A DNA stretch of 64,000 nt from an uncultured Thermoplasmata archaeon. GTDB lineage: Archaea; Thermoplasmatota; Thermoplasmata; UBA10834. The notes below the pieces were generated by a model, which did no database searches, was not told the origin of the DNA, and was given only the letters and a program-made list of their open reading frames with translations. Where the stretch lies: NCBI GenBank assembly GCA_964644565.1, contig CAZXWO010000006.1, positions 6,469-70,468 of the forward strand, given 5' to 3'. Positions 37,245-46,375 of the stretch are shown piece by piece (the first letter of the stretch is position 1; every line of letters begins with the position of its first letter). Made by a program: the position numbers and the translations under genes.

Positions 37245-38981
37245 TCACACCCCCAGCTCGGCGAACTGCCTGTCCATCTCGCCGAGGATGGTCTTGAGGT
37301 CCTTGTCGATCGTCTCCTCGAACTTGAGCTTCCCCAGGTCGGCCCTCACCTTCAGCGAGATGATCCTGTCGAGCGGCACCTCGAGCGAGATGGCCTTCTT
37401 GGACAGGTCCGAGAAGTGCTTGATGGCGCCCATGTACTCGTACTGCCTCCTGAGCGGGCTGTAGGTGTCCACCGGGTGGTAGGCGCTCTGCTGGAGGAAG
37501 AACTCGCGTATCATCCTCGAGACCTCCAGGGTGAGGCGCTGCTCCTCCGGGAGCGCGTCCGAGCCGACCAGCTGGACGACCTCCTGCAGCTCCGACTCCT
37601 TCTGGAGCGTCTCCATCGCCCACAGCCGCAGCGGCCCCCAGTCCTCGGCGATGTTCCGCCTGTACCACTCCTCGAGCATCGGGCTGTAAAGGCTGTAGGA
37701 CGTGAGCCAGTTGATCGCGGGGAAATGCCTCCTCTCCCTGAGCTTCGAGTCGAGGGCCCAGAAGACCTTCACGATCCTCAGCGTGTTCTGCGTGACCGGC
37801 TCGCTGAAGTCCCCGCCCGAAGGCGAGACGGCGCCGATGACGGATATGGATCCGGTCGGGCCAGCGAGGGTGTTGACGCGACCGCACCGCTCGTAGAACT
37901 CGGACAGCCTCGACGCGAGGTACGCCGGGTACCCCTCCTCGCCGGGCATCTCCTCGAGCCTGGAGGATATCTCCCTCATCGCCTCCGCCCACCTGGAGGT
38001 CGAGTCGGCCATGAGCGACACGTCGTACCCCATGTCCCGGTAGTACTCCGCGACTGTGATGCCGGTGTACACGGACGCCTCCCTGGCAGCGACTGGCATG
38101 TTGGACGTGTTGGCTATGAGGACGGTCCTGCCCATGAGCGGCTTCCCGCTCTTCGGGTCCTCGAGCTCCGGGAACGTGGTGAGCACCTCGGTCATCTCGT
38201 TCCCGCGCTCGCCGCAGCCCACGTAGACCACGATCTGCGCGTCGCTCCACTTGGAGAGCTGCTGCGAGGTGACGGTCTTGCCGGTGCCGAACCCCCCGGG
38301 TATGGCCGCGGTCCCGCCCTTCGCCAGCGGGAAGAGCGTGTCGAGCACGCGCTGTCCCGTCACGAGCGGGATGTCTGGGAGCAGCTTCTCGGCGTAGGGT
38401 CTGGGCGACCTGACGGGCCAGTTGTGGGCGAGCCTTATCGCGTGCCCGCTGTCGAGGGAGCCCACCGGCTCCTCGACCGTGAACTCGCCCCCGGATATGC
38501 CGGTGACAGTGCCCTCCACGCCCGGTGGCAGGAGCACCCTGTGGACGATGTTGCCCTCGGGCACCTCGCCCACGACCATGCCGCCGTGGAGGTCGTCGCC
38601 CTTCTTCACGGTCGGCTTGAACTTCCATTTCTTGGACCTGTCGAGGCCGGGAGCGGTCACGCCCCTGGACACGAAGTCCCCCTGCTTCGCCATGAGCACC
38701 GGCAGAGGCCTCTGGACGCCGTCGTACACGCTGGACAGCAGCCCCGGGCCGAGCTCCACCTGGAGCGGCGCGCCAGTGTCGACGACGACCTCGCCCGGCC
38801 GGATGCCGGATGTGTCCTCGTACACCTGGATGACGGTCTTGTCGCCCACGAGCTTGATCACCTCGCCCATCAGCTTCAGCTCGCCGACCAGAACGACATC
38901 GTACATCCTCGGCGAGACTCCCTCGGCGGTGACCACTGGCCCCGCGACCCTGCTTATCCTTCCACTCTTCCCGCTAGCCAT
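37245..38981 (-). CDS. atpA: A-type ATP synthase catalytic subunit A
   Basis: Walker [12 protein letters not shown]. At 578 aa there is no intein. Confidence 0.95.
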   Translation of the reverse strand: MASGKSGRISRVAGPVVTAEGVSPRMYDVVLVGELKLMGEVIKLVGDKTVIQVYEDTSGIRPGEVVVDTGAPLQVELGPGLLSSVYDGVQRPLPVLMAKQGDFVSRGVTAPGLDRSKKWKFKPTVKKGDDLHGGMVVGEVPEGNIVHRVLLPPGVEGTVTGISGGEFTVEEPVGSLDSGHAIRLAHNWPVRSPRPYAEKLLPDIPLVTGQRVLDTLFPLAKGGTAAIPGGFGTGKTVTSQQLSKWSDAQIVVYVGCGERGNEMTEVLTTFPELEDPKSGKPLMGRTVLIANTSNMPVAAREASVYTGITVAEYYRDMGYDVSLMADSTSRWAEAMREISSRLEEMPGEEGYPAYLASRLSEFYERCGRVNTLAGPTGSISVIGAVSPSGGDFSEPVTQNTLRIVKVFWALDSKLRERRHFPAINWLTSYSLYSPMLEEWYRRNIAEDWGPLRLWAMETLQKESELQEVVQLVGSDALPEEQRLTLEVSRMIREFFLQQSAYHPVDTYSPLRRQYEYMGAIKHFSDLSKKAISLEVPLDRIISLKVRADLGKLKFEETIDKDLKTILGEMDRQFAELGV

Positions 38982-38996
38982 TCGGAAACGCCTCCG

Positions 38997-39296
38997 TCAC
39001 TTGCTCTTGTAAAGGTCGATGCCCATCGCCCTTCTGACCTTGTCCCTTATGTCGCCTTCCTCCTCTCCGACGGGGATGACCACCGGCTCGACGCTGGCCA
39101 TCAGCCTGTCGCGCAGATGCTGAGGGAGCCGCTCCAGATCCTTAGAGTGCACGGCGAGTATGCCGACGCCCTTCTCCTGGACCAGCCGCAGGATCGTCTC
39201 CTGCAGATTCTCCGGGGCGACCCCGTAGACCTTCTTGATCCCAGCGAGCCTGAAGCCGACGACGAAGTCCTCAGACCCGACCACTGCGATCTCCAT
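38997..39296 (-). CDS. atpF: A-type ATP synthase subunit F
   Basis: 99 aa. IAVVGSEDFVVGFRLAGI pattern. Confidence 0.85.
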   Translation of the reverse strand: MEIAVVGSEDFVVGFRLAGIKKVYGVAPENLQETILRLVQEKGVGILAVHSKDLERLPQHLRDRLMASVEPVVIPVGEEEGDIRDKVRRAMGIDLYKSK

Positions 39297-40355
39297 TCAC
39301 ACCACCAACAGCTCTTCTATTACCTTCTTGGGCAGGCCGCTCTCCTTGCCCCTCGCTATGATCCTGATGTTGTCCACTTCCACCTTCTTGCGGATCATGT
39401 AGTTCACTATCGGGAGGACCGACAGCGGGTAGAAGTTCGCGAACTTCTCGCTCTTCCCTATCAGCGCCTTGTCGAGGGCTATCGTGAGCTCGGACAGCCT
39501 CCGGTCGGCCCTGTAGCGCTCGACGGCGGGCTTGACGTCCTCGAAGAGCGAGGACTTCTCCAGCTCCGCGATGATGGCCTCCGTCCCCTCGCCCTGGGCC
39601 ATCGACCTCAGCTTGTCCAGGCCGAACTCGAGCCCGCCCGGGATGAGGAACTTCTGGATCCGGTCCTCCGGTATGTGCTCGGCCTTGAGCTTGAGGAGGA
39701 CCTTCAGGTTCGTGACGTCGACCTCGCGCCTCACGAAGTCCCTCAGCAGCCGCTCGGGGTTGTTGGTCGGCTCTATCACGTCCAGGAGGTCGTAGTACAG
39801 CATCCTGTCGAGGTGGTCCTCCAGCGGGGCCAGCTTGCCCGCGTCGACGACCTCCCTATGCAGGTCCGGGGTGATCCTGAGCGCGGCCTGCTTGGCCAGC
39901 TCCTCCATGATCTCGTGCACGCCGTCCATCTCCACGAGGGACTTGAGGTACTCCTCGGAGAACGCGCCCGCCGGCACCAGCGTGTCGAGGATCTCCTCCG
40001 GCCGGGCCATGGCGATCCGGCCGCGGAGTACGGTCTTCACGTTGAAGGTGTCCCACCGCCTCAGGTAGTTGCCCACCATCTCCCTCAGGTGGCCGGTCGT
40101 GAAGCTGAGGATGTCGGAGTAAGTGTCGGCCAGGTTCCTCGTGACCGCGACCTCGACGAGGCCCGCGCCGGAGTACCTGGAGCCGTACATGGCCATCTCG
40201 TCCTTGTACTGGGTCTCGCCCAGGAACCTGCCGATCTCGTGCACGTCCATCACCAGCAGGCGGGAGTACGTGTCCTTCGAGAGGAGGAAGCTCTTGCGGG
40301 CCTTGACGCGCGCGCAAGCGTATGCGAAGTTCCCCCTCCCGCCGAAAAGACCCAT
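39297..40355 (-). CDS. atpC: A-type ATP synthase subunit C
   Basis: 352 aa helical protein. YAYACARVKARKS N-terminus plus its operon position. Confidence 0.85.
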   Translation of the reverse strand: MGLFGGRGNFAYACARVKARKSFLLSKDTYSRLLVMDVHEIGRFLGETQYKDEMAMYGSRYSGAGLVEVAVTRNLADTYSDILSFTTGHLREMVGNYLRRWDTFNVKTVLRGRIAMARPEEILDTLVPAGAFSEEYLKSLVEMDGVHEIMEELAKQAALRITPDLHREVVDAGKLAPLEDHLDRMLYYDLLDVIEPTNNPERLLRDFVRREVDVTNLKVLLKLKAEHIPEDRIQKFLIPGGLEFGLDKLRSMAQGEGTEAIIAELEKSSLFEDVKPAVERYRADRRLSELTIALDKALIGKSEKFANFYPLSVLPIVNYMIRKKVEVDNIRIIARGKESGLPKKVIEELLVV

Positions 40356-40363
40356 CTGTCACA

Positions 40364-40921
40364 TCACCCGAACAGACCGGAGTATATCTCCCGAATCTTG
40401 CTGTTCCACACTTCCTCGAGCATGCTCTCGAAACGGTAGTCCAGCCGGACGGCCCGGTCCTTGCTCTCGAAGACGAGCCCGCCCCGGCAGTCGATGACGC
40501 CGCCGCTGCTCATGCCGGGCGGCAACTTCAGCAGGGGCTTGTCCGAGGGGTTCGAGTACACGTAGCACTCGCCCAGCTCCTTCTTCGCCCTGCCCATCAA
40601 CCTCGCATACATCGCGCTGCGCTTGTCCGCGGGGTAGTGGGACATCTCCGCGAGGATCTGGGCCTTGAGCTCGTCCATCACCTGCCTCTGGGCGGACAGG
40701 AGCGCCTTCTTCGACTCCAGCTCGGCGCTCGACAGCTCCTGCTGCTCCATCTGGGAGATCCGGACCTCCGCCCGCTTGGAGGACCTCTCCCTGTGCTCCG
40801 CCATCTGGACGTCCGCCTGCGCGATGTGCTCGTCGCGCTCGCGCTCGCCCTGGCGGATGATCTCCCGCTTCTGCTCCTCGCCCCTCCGCAGTATGTCCTC
40901 GACTACCTTCTCGAGACTCAT
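40364..40921 (-). CDS. atpE: A-type ATP synthase subunit E
   Basis: 185 aa. Charged coiled-coil N-terminus, globular C-terminus, and operon position. Confidence 0.8.
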   Translation of the reverse strand: MSLEKVVEDILRRGEEQKREIIRQGERERDEHIAQADVQMAEHRERSSKRAEVRISQMEQQELSSAELESKKALLSAQRQVMDELKAQILAEMSHYPADKRSAMYARLMGRAKKELGECYVYSNPSDKPLLKLPPGMSSGGVIDCRGGLVFESKDRAVRLDYRFESMLEEVWNSKIREIYSGLFG

Positions 40922-40979
40922 GGTGCATCAGCTCCTGCGTCTGCCTGGCCGTCCTGCGCCTATCCGTCCTTCCTGGGAA

Positions 40980-41201
40980 TCACATGCCCATTATCAGATA
41001 GGCCACGACGAAACCGAGGATGACTATCGTTTCGGGCAGGACCAGCAGGATCATGCCCTTGCCGAACATCTTCGGGTTCTCCGCGGTCGCGCCGACCGCC
41101 GCCGCACCTATCTGGCCCTGGGCGATGCCTGTGCCTATGCCGGCCGCACCTATCGCGATGCCGGCGCCGACCATCGCCATTCCCACTACCATCGGGTCCA
41201 T
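40980..41201 (-). CDS. atpK: A-type ATP synthase proteolipid subunit K (c subunit, single hairpin)
   Basis: 73 aa with two TM helices. The Gly-rich helix 1 is GAGIAIGAAGIGTGIAQG. The ion-binding Glu lies in LPETIVILG. Confidence 0.9.
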   Translation of the reverse strand: MDPMVVGMAMVGAGIAIGAAGIGTGIAQGQIGAAAVGATAENPKMFGKGMILLVLPETIVILGFVVAYLIMGM

Positions 41202-41216
41202 TCTTCTCTACCTCCT

Positions 41217-43208
41217 TCATTTCGTTGCGACTGAGTGCCTCCTCAGGTACCTCAGCGGCGAGAAATCCTTCCCTCCGCCCTCGAAGAACTTGAGGAAGAA
41301 CTCCACATAGTTCAACCTGATAGCCTGAATCCCCGCGGACAGCGCCCCGAGGAAGAACACGAAGAAAGCCTGGGTGACGAAGAGCGCCAAGATGCCCAGG
41401 ATAACGAAGAGCACGTTGTGACTTTCGAATATGAGCGGGAGGAGCATGGTGTTGAACGCGAGCGCCATCGCGCCCTTGCCCACGGCGAGCGCGGCCAGCC
41501 TCGTGTAGGACACGAGGTTGGTGAACAGGCCGATCACCTCCGACAAAGCCATCGGGCCCTCTGTGAGGGGCAGCCCGACGACGCCGATGACGATGAGGGC
41601 GACGGCAGGTATGGACACCTTGATCCCGGCGACCTCCGTGGTCATGTCTGGGACCCAGGCCAGCACGGTGTCGTTCATGAGCCCGCTCGTCCAGGTGGCA
41701 TGGCCTGCGATGCACATCATCTCGACGAACAGGCCCAGCAGGATTAGCAGCCACGCGACCTTGGCGAACGCGTGCTTGCGGTTGTGGTGGATGTTGTTGA
41801 CGAAGCCCAGCACGAAGCCGAGCGTCAGGTGGGTCCACCCTGCGAGGAGCGACAGGGCGAGCATCTCGTTTATGTCCGTCATCTTGTCGAGCATCGGGTG
41901 GATCGGGATGTCGGCGACAGACTCCCAGGAGTGCTCGTCGGGGTGCGCCTCCGGCGGGTGGAACGGTATCCCGAACGCCTCTGCGAACACGAAGAGGCCG
42001 AATATGCTCGCCAGGATCCCGCCGGCGAGGATGATCGCGCCGAGCTTCTGCGCGTCGACGGACCCCTTGAACTTGAGGCGTATGAAGACGCCGAGCGCCG
42101 TCAGGGCGAGCCCGAACCCGAGGTCGCCGATCATGAACCCGAAGAAGAGGGGGAACGTGAGGAAGAGGACGACGGTGGGGTCGACCTCGTCGTACTTCGG
42201 CGTGGAGACCAGGTCTATGAAGAACTCGAACGGCTTCACCGGCTTCGGGTTCTTGAGGAGCACCGGCGGCTCGTCGCCTTTCTCCATGGGGAGGGTCTCG
42301 ACGAAAGCGAGGCCGCAGCAGAGCGAGTTCAGCGACGCCTGGAGTTCGCCCACCTTCGAGGTGGGCAGCCACCCGTCGATCACGAACGAGTTGGTGGATG
42401 CGGCGATCCTCAGCGGCGTCTCGGCCTTCATCACCTCGATCGCCAGGTCCTCCTCCGACGCGACGATGAGGTCCGCGAACTTCTTCCGGATGGACTCCAG
42501 GTCCGCCTCTATGCGCTCAAGGTCCTTCTCGAGGCCGGCTATGTCCGCCCTGTTCTTCGCGATTACCTCGGAGGGGGCGCCGGTGACCTTCGGGAGCTTC
42601 AGCTCCTGGAGCCCGTGCTCCGTCAGTACCCTGGTCACCTCGGGCCTGTCCTGCGCCAACGCGAACACCGCGACGGCCACTTCCCCCTTCCGCACGTCCT
42701 TCAGGACCTCGGCGTCCGGGAACCTGGACCGGAGGGCCTCCTCCGGGTCGGTGCGGCAGAGGCCGACGAGCGAGAAGATCGTCTCGTACCCCTCGTAGTC
42801 CTCGACCGGTATCCCGAACGGCTCGATGGGCTCCAAGGCCTTGATCTCCGACTCCTTGTCGCGGATGAGGGACTGGATCCTCTGCCTCGCCTCGGCCTTC
42901 TTCGAGGTGTTGAGGTCTAGGGTGACGAGCGCCTGGTCGAGCGTCTTGCGTATCTCGGAGACGTCCAGCTTGGCAGAGGGCTTGTGAGAGTCGATTGCGA
43001 GGGCGCGTATCATGGACCTGAGCTTCAAAAGCTTCTGCGAGGCGTCGGATGCGTTCGGGAGCGGCTGCCCGATCTTGAACTCCTCGTCCTGCTCTGTGAA
43101 GTCTATGAGGTGCATTACCCCGAGCTCGTAAAGGCACTCGATCGTGACATCGAGGCTCTCTATCGACCCGACGACTACCGCGCGGGTCATCTCCTCCGGC
43201 CTAAGCAT
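41217..43208 (-). CDS. atpI: A-type ATP synthase subunit I (stator a-subunit homologue)
   Basis: 663 aa with a soluble N-terminal half and a polytopic C-terminal half. It contains the conserved Arg region LVSYTRLAALAV. Confidence 0.9.
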   Translation of the reverse strand: MLRPEEMTRAVVVGSIESLDVTIECLYELGVMHLIDFTEQDEEFKIGQPLPNASDASQKLLKLRSMIRALAIDSHKPSAKLDVSEIRKTLDQALVTLDLNTSKKAEARQRIQSLIRDKESEIKALEPIEPFGIPVEDYEGYETIFSLVGLCRTDPEEALRSRFPDAEVLKDVRKGEVAVAVFALAQDRPEVTRVLTEHGLQELKLPKVTGAPSEVIAKNRADIAGLEKDLERIEADLESIRKKFADLIVASEEDLAIEVMKAETPLRIAASTNSFVIDGWLPTSKVGELQASLNSLCCGLAFVETLPMEKGDEPPVLLKNPKPVKPFEFFIDLVSTPKYDEVDPTVVLFLTFPLFFGFMIGDLGFGLALTALGVFIRLKFKGSVDAQKLGAIILAGGILASIFGLFVFAEAFGIPFHPPEAHPDEHSWESVADIPIHPMLDKMTDINEMLALSLLAGWTHLTLGFVLGFVNNIHHNRKHAFAKVAWLLILLGLFVEMMCIAGHATWTSGLMNDTVLAWVPDMTTEVAGIKVSIPAVALIVIGVVGLPLTEGPMALSEVIGLFTNLVSYTRLAALAVGKGAMALAFNTMLLPLIFESHNVLFVILGILALFVTQAFFVFFLGALSAGIQAIRLNYVEFFLKFFEGGGKDFSPLRYLRRHSVATK

Positions 43209-43527
43209 CAGCTGCCCTCTCGAACTCAGAAAGGACCAATGCCTTCACCCCGCCCGAGTTCTTCCGGGCCCGCGAGACCAGCGCCTCCGCCCTCCTTGCC
43301 CCCTCGGCGAGGACGGCCTGCTTCCGAGCGTCGACCTCCCTCCTCGCGTCCGCGTATCGGGCGTCGACCTGCTTCCTCAGCTCGGAGTCGGCCGCGTCGA
43401 CCTTCTCCAAGGCCCTCTTCTTGCCCTCGGCCTGGAGCTGCTTGCGCTTCTCCTCCGCCTCCTTGACCATGGTGCGGACTTGCTCCTCCGCGACCTTGAT
43501 CTGGTGAAGGATCTCGGCCTTCCCCAT
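43201..43527 (-). CDS. atpH: A-type ATP synthase subunit H
   Basis: 108-aa charged helical protein (ILHQIKVAEEQV...) and the first gene of the operon. It overlaps atpI by 8 nt. Confidence 0.75.
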   Translation of the reverse strand: MGKAEILHQIKVAEEQVRTMVKEAEEKRKQLQAEGKKRALEKVDAADSELRKQVDARYADARREVDARKQAVLAEGARRAEALVSRARKNSGGVKALVLSEFERAADA

Positions 43528-43560
43528 TTTGACACGTCCCCTGTGCTGATGCTGGTTTCC

Positions 43561-43570
43561 GTATAAATAG
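43561..43570 (-). promoter_or_regulatory. candidate TATA box of the ATP synthase operon (reverse strand CTATTTATAC)
   Basis: The only AT-rich element in the 118-nt spacer upstream of atpH. Confidence 0.4.
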
Positions 43571-43645
43571 ACTGCGAGGTCGCGTAGCGACGCCAGATAG
43601 TCCGTCGGGGTACGGCGTGCGCCGTGCCGGCGGGGCCCTCCCGGG

Positions 43646-44137
43646 CTACCGGGGGAGCTTCTGCTCGAACAGCTTCTTGTCCATACGGGTCACCTCGACG
43701 CCCGCCTTCTCGAGGAGCTCGAGGCCCGACAGGTCCGCGTAGTCCCCGATGTACACGACCCGGGCGACCTGCGCGTTCATGATCATGCGGGCGCAGATGG
43801 GGCACGGGACGATGGTCGAGTACAGCGTTGAGCGGCGGGCGTTGGTGCCGGCCTGCAGGAGGGCGTTCTGCTCGGCGTGCACCGCGGTGCACGTCTCGAG
43901 CCTGGTCCCCGAGGGTATCTTGAGCTTGTCCCTGATGCAGCCCATCTCCTCGCAGTGGGGGAGGCCGCGGGGGTTGCCGTTGTAGCCCGTGCTCTTTATC
44001 TCCCCGTGCTCGCTCACGATTATGGCGCCTATCTGCCGCCGGGTGCATGTGCTCCTGCGGCTGACCTCGATGGCGATGTTCATGAAGTACTCGTCCTTCG
44101 AGATCCTCTTGTTCCCGTGCTCGGACAAAGGCACCAC
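43646..44137 (-). CDS. dCMP deaminase (ComEB-type cytidine/deoxycytidylate deaminase)
   Basis: Zinc motifs HAEQNA and PCPICARM. Confidence 0.9.
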   Translation of the reverse strand: MVPLSEHGNKRISKDEYFMNIAIEVSRRSTCTRRQIGAIIVSEHGEIKSTGYNGNPRGLPHCEEMGCIRDKLKIPSGTRLETCTAVHAEQNALLQAGTNARRSTLYSTIVPCPICARMIMNAQVARVVYIGDYADLSGLELLEKAGVEVTRMDKKLFEQKLPR

Positions 44138-44259
44138 TCTGGCGGTGTGAAGACGCTTAGTGCATTTCTACCTTTGCCCGGGGCGGATGCTTCATGCAAT
44201 GTTTACTTATCCCTCCATGCACTACACTTCGCTGAGACCGGCTGAGGAACGGGACGCCC

Positions 44260-44832
44260 GTGAAGAACAAGACGAAGGTCATAGCCGCGGTCCTTGCGGT
44301 CGCCGCGATCGCACTCCTAGCATACGCCATATTCATGGGGGAGCCGACCGACGAGGATACGACCGACCGGCCGGGCATGTGGGACCCCGACCGGGCCTAC
44401 TCCGACTACGGTCTCGTGATGATCGTCGCTGCATCGTTCCTGATCGCCGTATCGGTGGCGTTCATACTCCTCAGGGAGGAGTACGTTCCCCTCCCGCCCT
44501 CGATGGTGCCCCCGCCACCTCCGCCGCCTGAGAAGCAGGCGGAGGCCAAGGCCGTCCCGGCGCCCGAGGCGGCGCCCGCCGACGCGACCCCCGAGGAGGT
44601 CGCCGCCGAGGAGAACTACCTCGTCCTGAGGCTGCTCACCGGTGACGAGAGGACGATGTTCAAGGCGATCATGGACTCGAAGGGGGAGGCGCTGCAGAAG
44701 GACCTGATGCAACGTACGAATATGTCCAACGCCAAGGTGTCCCGGGTGCTCGAGAAGCTCGAGCAGAAGGGGGTCGTCTCGAAGGAGAGGTACGGCTCCA
44801 CGAACAGGGTCCGGATCAAGCTCAGGACCTGA
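44260..44832 (+). CDS. membrane-anchored winged-helix (MarR-like) transcriptional regulator
   Basis: Two N-terminal TM helices, a Pro/Ala-rich linker and a C-terminal wHTH (LQKDLMQRTNMSNAKVSRVLEKLEQKGVVSKE). GTG start. Confidence 0.6.
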   Translation: MKNKTKVIAAVLAVAAIALLAYAIFMGEPTDEDTTDRPGMWDPDRAYSDYGLVMIVAASFLIAVSVAFILLREEYVPLPPSMVPPPPPPPEKQAEAKAVPAPEAAPADATPEEVAAEENYLVLRLLTGDERTMFKAIMDSKGEALQKDLMQRTNMSNAKVSRVLEKLEQKGVVSKERYGSTNRVRIKLRT

Positions 44833-44851
44833 GAGACCGGGTCCCGAGGGG

Positions 44852-44892
44852 TCACTTTTCAGATAAGTGAGAACGTTTTGGGCACTTTTCAG
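44852..44892 (+). promoter_or_regulatory. operator-like repeats: inverted repeat TCACTT-N7-AAGTGA plus a direct repeat of CACTTTTCAG 30 nt apart
   Basis: CACTTTTCAG occurs at 44853-44862 and at 44883-44892. The first copy lies inside a TCACTTttcagatAAGTGA palindrome. The repeats sit between the wHTH gene and the mini-protein ORF. Confidence 0.4.
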
Positions 44893-44997
44893 GATACATC
44901 CAAATACCCTTTCACCGAAGTTCTAACTCAAGAGGCGCGAAGGGCGGACGGGTCTCCCCCCGCCCCTAGCGCCGGAAAAAGGAGAGGTGAACAAAAG

Positions 44998-45312
44998 ATG
45001 AAGGCAACGGTCATAGTCGCGATCGTTGGGGTCGTCGCGGTCCTCGGCTTCGCCGGGATCGCGGCTGCGAGCGGCGCCCTGACCGCTTCGAGCTCGGACG
45101 GAAGTTCAGACATGGGCTCGAAGAAGGGAATGGGAACCAGCGAGGCCGACGGTGCCGGGAACATGTGGAAGCACATGTGGGAACACATGTGGCAGTGGAT
45201 GTTCGGCGGCAACACGACGCAGACGCCCCACGACTACAACTACGACTACAATTACTCCTACGAGTATGATGTCGTGAGCGACTGCCCCCAGGCCAACTGC
45301 ACATGCGGTTGA
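44998..45312 (+). CDS. secreted 104-aa mini-protein with Met/Trp/His repeat, Tyr-alternating acidic stretch and C-terminal Cys cluster
   Basis: SD GGAGAGGTGA ends 6 nt upstream of the ATG. Sec signal peptide MKATVIVAIVGVVAVLGFAGIAAAS, then MWKHMWEHMWQWMF, DYNYDYNYSYEYD and CPQANCTCG. The track ORF from 44878 adds a non-hydrophobic leader with no SD. Confidence 0.6.
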   Translation: MKATVIVAIVGVVAVLGFAGIAAASGALTASSSDGSSDMGSKKGMGTSEADGAGNMWKHMWEHMWQWMFGGNTTQTPHDYNYDYNYSYEYDVVSDCPQANCTCG

Positions 45313-45373
45313 CCGGTGGACGGTCGCTTGACAAACCCCTTAACGCGATTCATTTTGATCCTGACCGGCGGCC

Positions 45374-46375
45374 ATGGGCACGTCGGCTGAGGAGCTGACC
45401 ATATTGGTTTTATACCAATGCGCCACTTTACGCGTCGTGTCTAGCGGCTCGGAGGGCGAGGGTACCAGGAAGAAGCTCTCACCAGCCCTGCTCTTCCTGC
45501 GCGACGCCGGGATCGCCCTCGTCTTCGTCGCGAGCATACTGCTCGCGATGTACGCCTACACGGGCCTTTGGCCCCCCCTCGTCGTCGTCGAGTCGGAGAG
45601 CATGATGCACAGCGAGGACAACGTGAGCTACTTGGGCGTCATAGACACCGGCGACCTCGTCCTCGTGAAGTCGATCGACTCCGCCTCGGACATCGAGACG
45701 TACATGGAGGGGTACACCTCGGGGCACCGGACATACGGGGACTACGGCGACGTGATAGTCTACCTCGTGAACGGCAACGAGCTCGCAACCCCGATCATAC
45801 ACAGGGCGATAGTCTACCTCGAGGCCAACGACGACGGCAACAGCTTCAGCTGCGAGGCTCTGAGGGACGCCGACGGGGAGAAGTGGGACACCACGGACCC
45901 CGACGACACCTGGGACCACCTGACGAGCACGCTGAGGATCTACGACGTCGGCTTCCAGTCCGAGACCGTCGCGATAGACACGAGCAGGCTCGTGGTCGCG
46001 GACGGGTACATCACCAAGGGTGACCACAACGACAACACGGACCAGTCGCTCTCCAGCAGGAACACGCCGGTCAAGGTCTCATGGATAGTGGGCAAGGCCA
46101 GGGGAGAGATACCGTGGTTCGGGCTGCTCAAGCTGTGGGCGACGGACTCGCTCAAGAGCGACGCGCCGCCGAACAGCGTCAGGAACCTGTGGATCGGCCT
46201 GGCGTTCATAATCATCGGGCCGATAATGCTCGATGTGGTCATCACCTACAAGATCCGGAAGAGGATAGCGAGGAAGCGCGAGGAAGCGATACGCGAGTAC
46301 CAGGCCGAGCAGGTGAGCATGAAGCCGCTCCCGCCGGAGGAGAGGCCTCCGCCCCCGGAGCCGCCAGCGGCCTGA
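45374..46375 (+). CDS. signal peptidase I, archaeal/eukaryal Sec11 (S26B) type, with an extra C-terminal TM and a Pro-rich tail
   Basis: Catalytic Ser box VVESESMMH, the His box PIIHRA and the conserved TKGDHN. An alternative start at GTG 45437 fits a TATA-like TTTTATAC at about 45410. Confidence 0.8.
   Translation: MGTSAEELTILVLYQCATLRVVSSGSEGEGTRKKLSPALLFLRDAGIALVFVASILLAMYAYTGLWPPLVVVESESMMHSEDNVSYLGVIDTGDLVLVKSIDSASDIETYMEGYTSGHRTYGDYGDVIVYLVNGNELATPIIHRAIVYLEANDDGNSFSCEALRDADGEKWDTTDPDDTWDHLTSTLRIYDVGFQSETVAIDTSRLVVADGYITKGDHNDNTDQSLSSRNTPVKVSWIVGKARGEIPWFGLLKLWATDSLKSDAPPNSVRNLWIGLAFIIIGPIMLDVVITYKIRKRIARKREEAIREYQAEQVSMKPLPPEERPPPPEPPAA

Noticed and set aside
37245-38981. Inteins or recoding (Pyl/Sec, frameshifts) in atpA, cdc48, polD or other long genes
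   Set aside because: Gene lengths are canonical: atpA 578 aa, cdc48 729 aa, the PolD small subunit about 498 aa. The frames are continuous, with no split ORF pairs or in-frame TAG/TGA interruptions.
35592-40439. 1615-aa + strand ORF running antisense across atpD-atpB-atpA-atpF-atpC
   Set aside because: Its composition is the Arg/Leu/Val/Asp/Gly/His/Pro-rich pattern typical of the reverse frame of GC3-rich genes. The sense genes avoid TTA, CTA and TCA codons, so the in-register antisense frame has no stops. It spans five genes only because all five happen to share one reading frame: their start coordinates 35855, 37241, 38981, 39296 and 40355 are all congruent to 2 mod 3. The sense-strand products are unmistakable ATP synthase subunits.
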